Source: Lama guanicoe
Lineage: Eukaryota
DNA: 20,000 nt
Assembly: GCA_013239625.1 (NCBI GenBank)
Contig: MU053561.1
Span: 3,948,175 to 3,968,174, forward strand
Reading direction: 5' to 3'
The notes under the pieces are model-generated. The model was not told the origin of the DNA. It ran no database searches and was given only the letters and a program-made list of their open reading frames with translations. Made by a program: the position numbers and the translations under genes. This document shows, one piece after another, positions 10,075 to 19,724 of the stretch. Every line of letters starts with the position of its first letter. The stretch's first letter is position 1.

Positions 10075-10130
10075 GCTCATTCAACAAACGTTTATTAAAC
10101 ACATTCTATTTGCTGGCCTTGTGCTAGATA
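10075..10130 (-). mobile_element. LINE-2 3' tail
   Basis: 'tcattcaacaaacgtttattaaacacattctatttgctggccttgtgctag'. Confidence 0.7.
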
Positions 10131-10169
10131 AGTAGGGCCCCAAATTCAAATCATACCTCTTGGCAAACA

Positions 10170-10385
10170 TGTAGTCTGAACTTGGAGTTGGACAGAACCT
10201 GGCTGGAATGTTGGCTCTGCTTTTTACTGGTGGTGTGACTTTGTGCTAGAAACTTAATGTTCCCAAGCTTTTGTCCTCTCATCTGTAAATGTGGACAATA
10301 AAAGTAGCCATTTCCCAGGTCATGTAAATATTTAATGATTGACATAGTGAGTTAGAACGATGCCTGACCCGTAAGATCTTATTAT
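10170..10385 (+). mobile_element. MIR SINE, near full length
   Basis: 'tggctctgct...tgtgactttg...ctcatctgtaaatgtggacaataa...ttagaacgatgcctgac'. Confidence 0.8.
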
Positions 10386-10389
10386 TCTT

Positions 10390-10490
10390 CTTCTCATCTT
10401 ATGGAGAAACTGAAGACAAAAGAGGTGAAGTAATTGGCACATAGGAGCCAGAGCTTGAACTTAAACTAGGTTTTTCTGAAACCATGCTAT
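10390..10490 (-). mobile_element. MIR SINE fragment
   Basis: 'atggagaaactgaagacaaaagaggtgaagtaattg'. Confidence 0.6.
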
Positions 10491-10929
10491 GTCCTGCTTC
10501 TTCCTGAGAAGTGTCAGCATCTTAGAAGGCCCAGGTTTTTCCATCTCTCCACTTTGGCGCCCACAGTGGCTGTTTCATCTTAAGCCTGGCTCACAACACG
10601 ACACAGTTATAGGATGGCTGTTATAGACGTTAGGACTGTATGCTTCCTTGCTCCCACCCTCTTGGGGAAACAATGATGGACCTTAGGTGTCTTTCATTTA
10701 AGAGCAAGAAGAAGCTTTCCCAGGAAACCTCTCCTGGCATCGTTTTAGTCAGAACTGAGTCCCATGGCCATTGAGCCCATTGCTTATAAGGGGCATGGAG
10801 AGGTCCTTGGAGTTTGGGGGCCTTTGGGATTTTCAGGACGTTTCCTTCCTTCATTACTTACTTAATTATATTATTAAAACCTTTAAGATTGGGAAGACTT
10901 AAGTATGTTTAACAATGGATGGTTCAAGC

Positions 10930-11095
10930 TGTGATGTTAGATAATTGACTGTAACAGAGAAAGATGGTAAAATTGATAGAATAATGTTTCCAAGAATGCA
11001 GGAGGGGATAGGAGCCAAAGCGGGGACTGGCCTTAGGTAGGCGGACCCCTCCTCCTTTATAGCGGGAGACAAGGAGGAGCAGATGGGTCCCAGGC
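10930..11095 (-). mobile_element. LINE-2 fragment
   Basis: 'gcaggaggggataggagccaaagc...ctggccttaggtagg...cctcctcctttatagcgggagacaaggaggagcagatgggt' tracks antisense L2. Confidence 0.6.
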
Positions 11096-11460
11096 TGGCA
11101 GGTGACTCTAGCCACCATTGTTCCCTTCTGCAGTCTGAGCGGGGCACCACTGCGTGCTTTCAGCCTCATTTACTTCCACAGGGACAAGTTCTGCCAAGCC
11201 CTGCCAAGAAACTACCAAAAGGTGTGTCCTTATCCAGAGTGCCAGATTTCCTAGTTGGGTTTTTCCTATCCGGGTTGCACACCATAGAGCATACCTAAGA
11301 AGCGATTTGGTTTCCTCTTTGGATAATGCCACCTCATGGCAAGCTCTGGCTCTGCTTTGGGCCACGTGTCCCAAAGGTCTAGGCACAGGCTTGTGAGGTA
11401 AGATAAATGAATAAAGCTAGGAATGCCCCCTCCATACTTACCAAAGTTCTGTTAAGGAAA

Positions 11461-11753
11461 GCTATCGCTCCCAAGACATGTATTCATTATAAAGAGAAAA
11501 ACAGTAACTTTGCAGTGGAAAAATATGGTAGACACCTCTTAACCAACTGATCAAGGTTAACAATCACCAGTAATAAGACATACTGACTTCATGTACTTCC
11601 TGATATGCCAAACTCAGAGGGGCACATCATTCCTATGGTATTCATACCAAAAGCGCTTGCCACAACCTCATCATGAGAAGATGTCAGACCAACTCAGATC
11701 AAGAGCCATTCTACAGAAAAATGACCAGTAGTCTTTAGAACAGTTGAGGTTGT
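11461..11753 (+). mobile_element. L1MC-type (L1MC4-like) 3' UTR, outer element, left part
   Basis: 'agtaactttgcagtggaaaaa...ttaaccaactgatcaaggttaacaatcaccagtaat...catcatgagaagatgtcagac...cattctacagaaaaatgaccagta'. Confidence 0.8.
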
Positions 11754-12354
11754 TCAAATGTCCTTCAAAGGAAGAATGCTTAAATAAACTGGGTTACATC
11801 GTGCCACAGAACACTCAGCAAGAAAAATGAACAAACAATTGATTAATGCAACAACTTGGATGGACCTCAAGGGGATTTTGCTGAGTGAAAAAAAAAAATC
11901 TTGAGAGGTCACATACTGTAAGAGTCTATTTATATGGCATTCTTGAAATGGCAAAACTATAGAGATAGAGAACAGAGTCATGGTTGCCAGGGGTTAGGGA
12001 GTGGGAGAGGAAGGGAGGTTACTGTGGCTCCCTCCCGTGCACCTCGAGGGGTCCTTGTGATGGAACAGTCTTTTGGCAGCGGTCACACAAATCCACGTGT
12101 GATAAAATTGCATAGCACTAAACACACACACACACACACACTCCCAGATATTCCTAAGTCCATATAAAACTGGTGAAATCTGAATCAAGTCCATGGATTG
12201 CAGAAGCCAATTTCCTGATCGTGATTGTGTGCTATAGTTACACAAGATGCTGCCACTGAGGGGAAACCAGGTGAAGTGAACAGGGATCTCTCTGTATTAT
12301 TTCTTACCAATGCCTATGAATCTACAGTTATCTCCAAATAAGAAGTTTTTAAAA
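11754..12354 (+). mobile_element. L1MC-type (L1MC1/2-like) ORF2 end and 3' UTR, inner nested element
   Basis: 'caaatgtccttcaa...atgcaacaacttggatggacctcaagggg...cattcttgaaatggcaaaactatagagat...tggttgccaggggttaggga...gtgataaaattgcatag...gggatctctctgtattatttcttac...atgaatctaca'. Confidence 0.85.
12122..12141. repeat. (AC)10 microsatellite within the L1 3' UTR
   Basis: Read directly from the sequence. Confidence 0.95.
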
Positions 12355-12660
12355 GCATGTTAAGGCTGTAAAAGTCAAGGGAAGATTTAGGAGCAGCCCC
12401 AGATTAAAGGAGACCGAAGAGTCATCCTAACGAAATACAATATAAGAGCCTGGATTGCAGGCTGAGTCAGAAGAAGCACTAGATCGGGGTAAAGTTTGCA
12501 TTTGGTTCATGGTGCTGAACCAATGTTCACTTCTTAGTTTAGATCAATGTGTGATTGTTATATAAGATAGTAACTTTAGGGGAAGCTAGATGAAGAAAGC
12601 TCGCCGCTATTTTTGCAACTTTTTCTGTAAGTTTAGAGTAATTTCAAAATTTGAAAAACT
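12355..12660 (+). mobile_element. L1MC-type 3' UTR, outer element, right part to the 3' terminus
   Basis: 'ccagattaaaggagac...cctggattg...aatgttcacttctt...taggggaagctagatgaag...tatttttgcaactttttctgtaagt...atttcaaaat'. Confidence 0.8.
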
Positions 12661-15600
12661 CTACAAGTTCTATAAGGAAAAGTTCCTTTTATCTTATCTA
12701 ATCAGAAATCTGATAACTGCCTTTTAAACATAAATTGGAAAACTAGCAAATTAGAGGAAGTAAAATTTTAAAAAAAAAGGAAAACAAAAGGCAAATGTAA
12801 TTTTGTAATATTTTACCTGTAAGTTTCTTCAAGTTTAAGACCATTAACCATAGCAGCTATGATATAAAAATCCTAGAGTTTAAATATCACATCAATACTA
12901 CTTTTCTACTAGAGGAATCTCTACAATCCAGTCTGTTAAATTGGCCTGATCTGATACTTGTTTCTTAGAGCAAATTTCTCCACTGATGATTGTCCTGTGA
13001 GAAGCCATCTGCTGCTTCCCTCACCTTCCGTTTATGGTGGAGACCAGAGCTGGCCTTGGGGTTACTTTGGTTCCAAAGAACCCACCCGGCTGGGCTGTCT
13101 CTAGCATAGAGGAATGACCCACCATGACTCAACATGTTTTTCAACACGATTGGTTGGAATGGGAGAGATGCCACTACACCCCATGGTCTCAGTGTCACAC
13201 TTTCAGGCCCGGGGACCTCAGAAGAATCAACAGCCCACCTAGCAGTGTGCACCCCGCAGGCCTGTTCTCCGGTTCAGCTTCTGCCATGTTCTTGGGCCAA
13301 GTCATCTAAACAAGCCAGGTTTTGCTGTGTGTGGACATTTTTTTTTTCCCTTCCTCTAAATAAGTATTTTTCCAAGCATGGAATTCAGAGGAGAGGTCAC
13401 TTTTTCTGCATGGGAATCCGTCCGATTTCTTTTTATGGTCATTTCTATATCCAGAAGGTCCCAGGTCCAGTACACTATTGGACATTCTAGTGAAGCTCCT
13501 CTGAGCAAGCTTCCCTGGGTCATTTGCTGTCTTGTCACCTCAGATCTCATGCAGAGGCCACTCCCTTCCAGTTCCTTCAGTCCCTGGTTTTTCCACTCAA
13601 GTGGAAAAATAATAATCCTTCAGTTTCTTCTTTCAGCTCTTATCTGAATAGCTCTGGTCCAAAGCTGGACTGGTCTGGTTTTCGTCCATCTGACTGCAGA
13701 GGTTACAGCAAGATGGACAGAAGTTTGGACATAGCAGTCTGGGAAAACTTCTCCTATAAACCTGACTTGATACATCTGTCCTGCTGGCAACCAGAGGCCC
13801 ACCAGGCGTCCAGCTGGCTCCTCGCCTCTTCCAAGAGGCTCAATCCGATGAGGAGCTCCCTAATATTCTTCACTCCGGCAGAAGCAAGTGTCTTGCCCAA
13901 GACAGCCCAGTGAGCTGGGCATATCACCAGCCCTGGTATACTCCAAGCAGTGTCCCACCCCAGCAGGCGCACAAGGATGACCCGGACATCCAGCAAGGGA
14001 TGGATGACCATAGGACGAAGGACCAGACTGTGCCAGCCCTTACTGCTTTCAGAACAACAGCTGCCTAAAAACACACACAAAAAAGCCCCCACTTTCGTAT
14101 GTCCAGTTCCGCGAGATGAACCAATAGAGCATAAAGCTAAGTTCCCGATGTCCAGACTCCTGAGTTCATGTTTATTATCACACGTGAGATCCAGCCTAGA
14201 ACATCAGGTACTTCATTTTCAAGCCAAAGTTGTCCAGCACAAACAACTGTAAAGAAAATCTGCCACTCCACCCAAACCTCACCGGTATGACGCTCTCCCC
14301 TTCTAGAATGTTAAGGAAATCCAAGGCACTGAAACCTTGGGGGGCGGGGCTGCCCAGGCCTTTACCCATGGGAGAGAAGGGGAAATACTCCAGGCCAGGG
14401 AAGGGACTGGGTGCTACGTCAGGCCTCCATCAAGGGTCTCTGTACCTTTGGCACTGCTGCTCAGTAGAGAGGGTCCCTAGGCTCCCCGCATGCATCCGGG
14501 GAGCAGGCTGAACTCATCCCACTGGCAGGCGGCGACACTGTCACACGGCTGGACTCGGCTCCCTCCCTAAGGGAGTGTGCTCACAGCACAGCCTTCAGCC
14601 ACAGCCTCAGGTGCCCAGCAGCCCTGGGAGGGGACCAGCCACTTCTCGAGGTACCTTCTGATGCCTCCAGAAGGTCCTCGAAGGAGGGGCTCCGGGCTCC
14701 GGCTGCCATGGACACTGTAGGTGGGGGAGTCATCCGTGGAGCTCCGTGACATTTCCTTTCTGTTTTTTCTTTATATTTTAGCGGAATTCTGTGGCCCAGA
14801 CTCGGCTTCAGACTCTATGCTCTCAGAGTCAGCTCAAGTACAAAGCAGGGAAAAAAAGAGAGAAAGTAGTGGGAAAAATTAGATTCTTGATTTGTGTCCA
14901 GATGGTTCTGGACGAAAATAGACTCAGAGATTCTCACTGCAAACTTGCCTCTGGTATGAAGCTCCCCTCCCCTCTTCATTTAAGGTCTTCTTGGTAGAAG
15001 AGGGAACGGGGATGGGAAAACACTGGGAACGTTCATTTTTCTTTTTCCCAGCCGTATATTAAAAGGCTGCACAGGTTCCAGTCGAGGACTCTGTGGAACA
15101 CCAGGAGTCACCCCGCACGCAGCGGCCTGGGGCGATGCGATTTTCACCAACTTGAAAGAGCCCCTTGGGGCCAGCCTGCAGGCAGGACGGGGCTGGTGTG
15201 CTCTGCAAGTGGCAGCAGCCGGATGCAGGGAAGGGCCCCAGAGCCCTCCCCAGGCTCCATGTTCAAGGAACTCAAAAGGGGAAAGGCCGCACACAGGCCT
15301 CAGCTCTGGGCCCTGGAGGGAGCAACAAGGCTTTATCCTGCCCATTCTCCTTCCCTTCAGGGAGATGCTCACAGGACCGTGGCGCCTGCTGGAGACCCAG
15401 CAAAAAGCAGAGGGCATGCAGTCCCCTTTGAGGATAGCATGGGGGGAGCCTTGATGGGGTCCACCTGTCAGAAACAGAAAACCTGACAGATTTAATGGCT
15501 CACCTCAGGATCCCTAGGGCATGAACTTGACAACAAGACCCAAGTGACCCCAGGTCCCACTTGGCCAGACAGAGGCCATGCCCTGCTGTTCTCTCACTCC

Positions 15601-16369
15601 TCAAATCATTCCCAATCATTCCGCTGATGTGCAGAGGGAGCCTGGCGTCCATCAGCCGCCACCCAGGGCGGCCATCCTAAAGTCCAGGACCTCCTCCACC
15701 AAGGCAGCCCAGTGGCAGTCGGTCAGATGCCAATGAAGTGAGTAGTGGCCAGATGGAAGGTGCTTTTTTTAAATGCAGCTTTTGCACAATTGGGTTTCCT
15801 TCCTCATGTTTAAACTGCCTTAGAGGACAAGCAGACTCAGTGTGTCCGTCCTTGGTTCCGGGTGCCAGGGCTGGGCGAGGGAGGAGCCAAAGAGACGGCA
15901 GAGACGGGGCCAAGCAGATGCCGGAAGCAAGAAGCAGCAGACGGTCCGTGAAGGTCGGGGGCAAGGTGAGCATCAGATCTCAGGCTCTGCTCCCGCCAGA
16001 CTCCATGGCAGGCAGATGCTGTAGGCGAAGCACAGCCCGGAACGTCTCCTCAGGCCCTGGGTTCAGGTGCCAGGACCTCTTTATGGTTTGCCTGGGGCCA
16101 CCTCTGGGCTCAGCCCTGATGTCTTTTTTCAGAGCTTGAGGGTTTGAACTAAGATTTTCAACTTTCCTAACTCCTTTTACCTGTACATTAGGTGTTTTCT
16201 CCATTTCAAATCAGCATTAGGGGAAACCTTAAGGCAATGGGCTTGAATAGAGAATAATGATAGTATTTTACATTTTTACTGTGATTTATACTTAACAAGT
16301 CACTTTCATGTCTCTTCTTTCCTGTGGGTTTCAGAATTACCCACTGAGGCCGAAAGGAAATGACTGGAC

Positions 16370-16483
16370 TCCATTAAGCTCCTTGAAGGCCTAGACTGTT
16401 CTGTTCATCGCTGTAAGTAACCTAAGTACTTGATATGCTGCCTGCTGCAGAGCAGATACTCAACTAAATATTTGCTCAATAAA
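16370..16483 (+). mobile_element. LINE-2 3' end
   Basis: 'taagctccttgaaggc...tgttcatcgctgta...tgcctg...ctcaactaaatatttgc'. Confidence 0.72.
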
Positions 16484-16484
16484 G

Positions 16485-16562
16485 GGGTGGATGGATGGAT
16501 GGGTGGATGGATGGGTGGATGGATGGTTGGGTGGATGGATGGATGGGTGGGTGGATGGCTGG
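16485..16562. repeat. Imperfect (TGGA/TGGG)n tetranucleotide repeat
   Basis: Read directly; about 19 units. Confidence 0.95.
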
Positions 16563-16579
16563 AATTTGCTCTGTTTTTC

Positions 16580-16770
16580 AAGCTGGATTCTATTCCCAAT
16601 TCTACATACTAGTGTGTGACTTTGTCCAAATCGCTAAACCTTTTTCCCTCACCTTTAAAATAGCAATAATGATATCATGTCTGCTGCCACAGTGTCACAG
16701 AATTGGGAGCAGAGCCAGGGCTTGAACTAGGGTCTCCTGATTCCTGGCCCATTGTTTGTTCCATTGCTTT
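16580..16770. mobile_element. Two MIR fragments in opposite orientation (+ about 16580-16690, - about 16692-16770)
   Basis: 'tactagtgtgtgactttg...ctttaaaatagcaataat' followed by 'gcagagccagggcttgaactagggtctcctgattcc'. Confidence 0.6.
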
Positions 16771-16829
16771 ATAGGGTGGAGGGGAGGAAACTACTGCACG
16801 TTTATCTGTCGAGCTGTGTTTTAGGGACT

Positions 16830-16995
16830 TTAAAATCCTCATAACAGCTCTGTAAGTTAAGTGCTATTATTATTCCCAATTTACAGATAAAGCAACTAAG
16901 ACTCAGAGAAGTTAAGTGACTTGCTGAAGGTTCCACAGGGGAGTTGGGATTGGCACCCAGGCCTATCCGACCTCAAAATCCAATTTTTCCACCAT
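16830..16995 (-). mobile_element. MIR SINE
   Basis: 'aatcctcataacagctctgtaag...tattattattcccaatttacagataaagcaactaagactcagagaagttaagtgacttgctgaagg'. Confidence 0.88.
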
Positions 16996-17649
16996 CTGCC
17001 GTATTTTTTCTCAGCTCACACCAAATCCACAGTTGGAGAACTCCCAGCTTCCCTATCCACCCTGGAAACCAGACTGGCGATGTCTGCCTGAGACTCCAGC
17101 ACTGCAGTGGAAGCAGCCACCTGTGCAGTTGCCAGTTTTAACTGTTGACCAATATATACAGACAACTCTGCAAAGTTGGAATATCTTGGCCAAAAGCATG
17201 GTTATCCACTACCACTTCCTAGATCAGCAAATTGCTCTCTGGTGGCCCAGAATTTTTATTCCACCCAGTCTGAAAAACAGAAGGTAATGGTAACCTTTAT
17301 GAGACTGGTCCTATGGAAGCATTTATGGCCCTAGATAAACACAAAGTGTATGAAGATTTATTGCGGAGGTCACAGAGTAGGAAAACCGAGAGGAAAATGA
17401 AAACAGAACTTAGTCTTTTCAAGCCTTTTTATCTGAGTAATTGGTTGAGTTCACTTCCAGCTAGGAAGCAGGTGTACAAAGCAACTTAGGATTCAAAATT
17501 CTGATGCAGAATGTTCCAATATGGGGCACACCTGTGCTCGGGAGGAGGTGAAGGAAAGTGGGGTGGAGGAGGAAGAAACAGCTTTAATCCTGGAGCAAAT
17601 GAAAACTCTTACTGGTTGGGGCCTGAATACATATGTTTCCAAGATGTAT

Positions 17650-17746
17650 TTCTTTATCAGTTAAGGCTCAACTACAAGTGATTAAGAGCAAAATCAGTCT
17701 ACAGCAAAACATTGATTTATAGGTCCACACAAGTCTAGAGGCTGGT
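17650..17746 (-). mobile_element. Old MaLR LTR (MLT1J/K/L-like), left part
   Basis: 'tatcagttaagg...ctacaagtga...gatttatagg...aagtctagagg' resembles the antisense 3' end of old MLT1 LTRs. Confidence 0.55.
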
Positions 17747-18106
17747 TGTTACAGACTTAATGTCTGTGTCCCCGAGATGCATATGTTAAAACCTTCATCC
17801 TCATTGTAATGGTATTTGGAGGTAGCGCCTTTGAGGCTAATTAGGTTTAGATAAGATCATGAGGGTAGGGTCCTCATGTGGAGAACAGGGCCTTTATAGG
17901 AGATCAGAGAGCTCTCTCTCGCCATGTGAGGATGCAGCAAGAAGGCAGCCATGTGCAAGCCAGGAAGAGAACTCTCACCAGACCCCGACCATGCTGGCAC
18001 CCTGACTTTGGACTTCTAGCTTCCAGAACTGTGAGAAACGAAATTCTATTGTTTAAGCCACCCAGTCTGTGGTATCTTGTCACAGCAGCCCCAGCTGGCA
18101 AGAACA
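17747..18106 (+). mobile_element. MaLR solo LTR, MLT1A-like, full length (360 bp)
   Basis: TG...CA termini. 'atggtatttggaggt...taattaggtttagat...gccatgtgagga...gcaagccaggaagaga...gaccatgctggcaccctga...ccagaactgtgagaaa...gtttaagccacccagtct'. Flanks ctggt/cgggt. Confidence 0.93.
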
Positions 18107-18420
18107 CGGGTCTCGCTTCAGGCCTGGCTGGCTGCAGGGTTTTGGAGCTGTCATTATTACCTTGTTTCTCTCTCCCAGTATCTTGGTTCTCCTTACTCTC
18201 TCAAGGCCCCGTTCTCAGAATAGCTCAGGCCCCCGTGAAACAAAACTGGCAGCCAGGTTCAAGTTGGAAGGCATCTCCTTCTATCCCAGAATTCCCAGCA
18301 AAGTCCCACTGCCTTTCACTGGCTCTGATGGGGCCACATGCCTACTCCTGAACCAGTCTCTGCGGCCAGGGAATGTGGCATGCTGATTGCCTTTGACCTG
18401 GGCCACGGGCTTCATCCTGA
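18107..18420 (-). mobile_element. Old MaLR LTR (MLT1J/K/L-like), right part
   Basis: 'gcttcaggcctggctgg...cagcaaagtccc...tcactggctctga...ccacatgcctactcctgaaccagtctctgcggccagggaatg...tgctgattg'. Confidence 0.75.
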
Positions 18421-18995
18421 TTCTTTGGGCCTAGCCCCGCCCAAAGAACACAGACTGAGGTGAGGGTGCTGAAGACACAAAGAGCACATGCTCAAAAATC
18501 GGTTAGCGGAGCCTGGATAGGGGTCAGGCCAGACCTCAGAAACAAACCTCCAGGACCAAGAACAGAAGGATTCAGCCAGGGAACAGATAAATACCAGCAA
18601 AGAAAAGGCTGTGACTTGTCTCAGCAACCTTGTACACTGAGTTTACTATTAAGCTGTGCGATGTTTTACCCCAAATAGTAAGTTAAAAGGCAGAGTTTGT
18701 TAGAATGAAAATTCATAACTTATGCATCTTAAACTCTGAAATTCAGTTCACAGGGCCCTGCAGAAGAGCTGATTTATCCTATAGAAATGCTTTCTAATGC
18801 AGTCATTATAGATGTGGCTCACTTTTCGCTGTGCGTTTATTCCTGAAATAGGACATATTAAACTGATTTTTTTTCAAATTTGAAACACTTAAAAGAGCAT
18901 TGCAAAATGCTTCTATGGTGTGAGAAACCTCCCTAATTTTCTCTGTAAGTTTGGATCATGACCTAATGGGTTTTTGTAAAGTGAGGCCTCGTTAA

Positions 18996-19013
18996 ACACA
19001 CACACACACACAC
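18996..19013. repeat. (AC)9 microsatellite
   Basis: Read directly from the sequence. Confidence 0.95.
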
Positions 19014-19724
19014 CCCTTACTCCAAAATCTGCAGACCACATAGCAGTATCTGCAGAAGGATCCTACAAAAAACACTTTTCCCAACAATCTTCTTCCATAT
19101 GAGTCCATCCTCGTAGGACTAAATCTCTTTAAATTCACTTCCCCAGACTGTGTTCCTCCCTGGACAACAAATTCCATAAACAAATGGCCCTTCAGTGATT
19201 TGACAGCAGAAAGACTCCAGGAGCCAATGGTCCCAGAGCCAACAAACAAAATTCTGTTTCGATACAATTTCCGTTGGGTCAGAGGTCAGGCCTCTGTGTA
19301 TCTCCACGCTACCAATTAGCATGACATTTGGGCTAAGTTAAACAGCTCTCACTGGCAGCTTCTACACCACTGGGGGGCCATCAGGACAGATTCCAAAGTA
19401 GGCATATATTGTGCATGGATTGTTCTGATTTGTTGATTTGGAAATTTTATTTGAACTGCTGATAAAAGCTGATATTTCATCAGTACTGGAACTACAGTTG
19501 TGCTTATTAGGAATTTTCTCTTGAATAGGCTGGGAACTCAGAGGCTTCCTTCAGCCAGAGGCATGTGTGGCCATCTTTTAAGAACCCTCTCTTCCAGCTG
19601 AAAATGAAATTATGAATGCGATCGTGACATAAACATCTGAAAGTAGGGCAACAAGGGACACAGCTTCTGCCTTTGGTAAGAGGCTCTTTTTCAAACGTAA
19701 AAGACGGGGGAGGGCAGATGGCAA

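Noticed and set aside
10548..10575. CTCF motif (gccactgtgggcgcc on the minus strand)
   Set aside because: It is one base short between CCAC and GGCGC; any ungapped alignment has several core mismatches.
2205..13135. Enrichment of AP-1 sites (about seven TGA[C/G]TCA)
   Set aside because: The sites are scattered, several lie inside old repeats, and the count is only modestly above chance.
13300..14100. Processed pseudogene or large coding exon (overlapping 110-130 aa ORFs on both strands)
   Set aside because: No recognisable homology, no poly(A)/TSD signature, and frequent stops in the continuing frames. TBLASTX would be needed to exclude it fully.
14400..16050. CpG island
   Set aside because: GC is raised, but a rough hand count puts CpG observed/expected near 0.4, below the usual 0.6 threshold.
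17878..18351. 157-aa ORF as a gene
   Set aside because: It lies entirely within nested MLT1 LTRs and is a chance open frame in repeat sequence.
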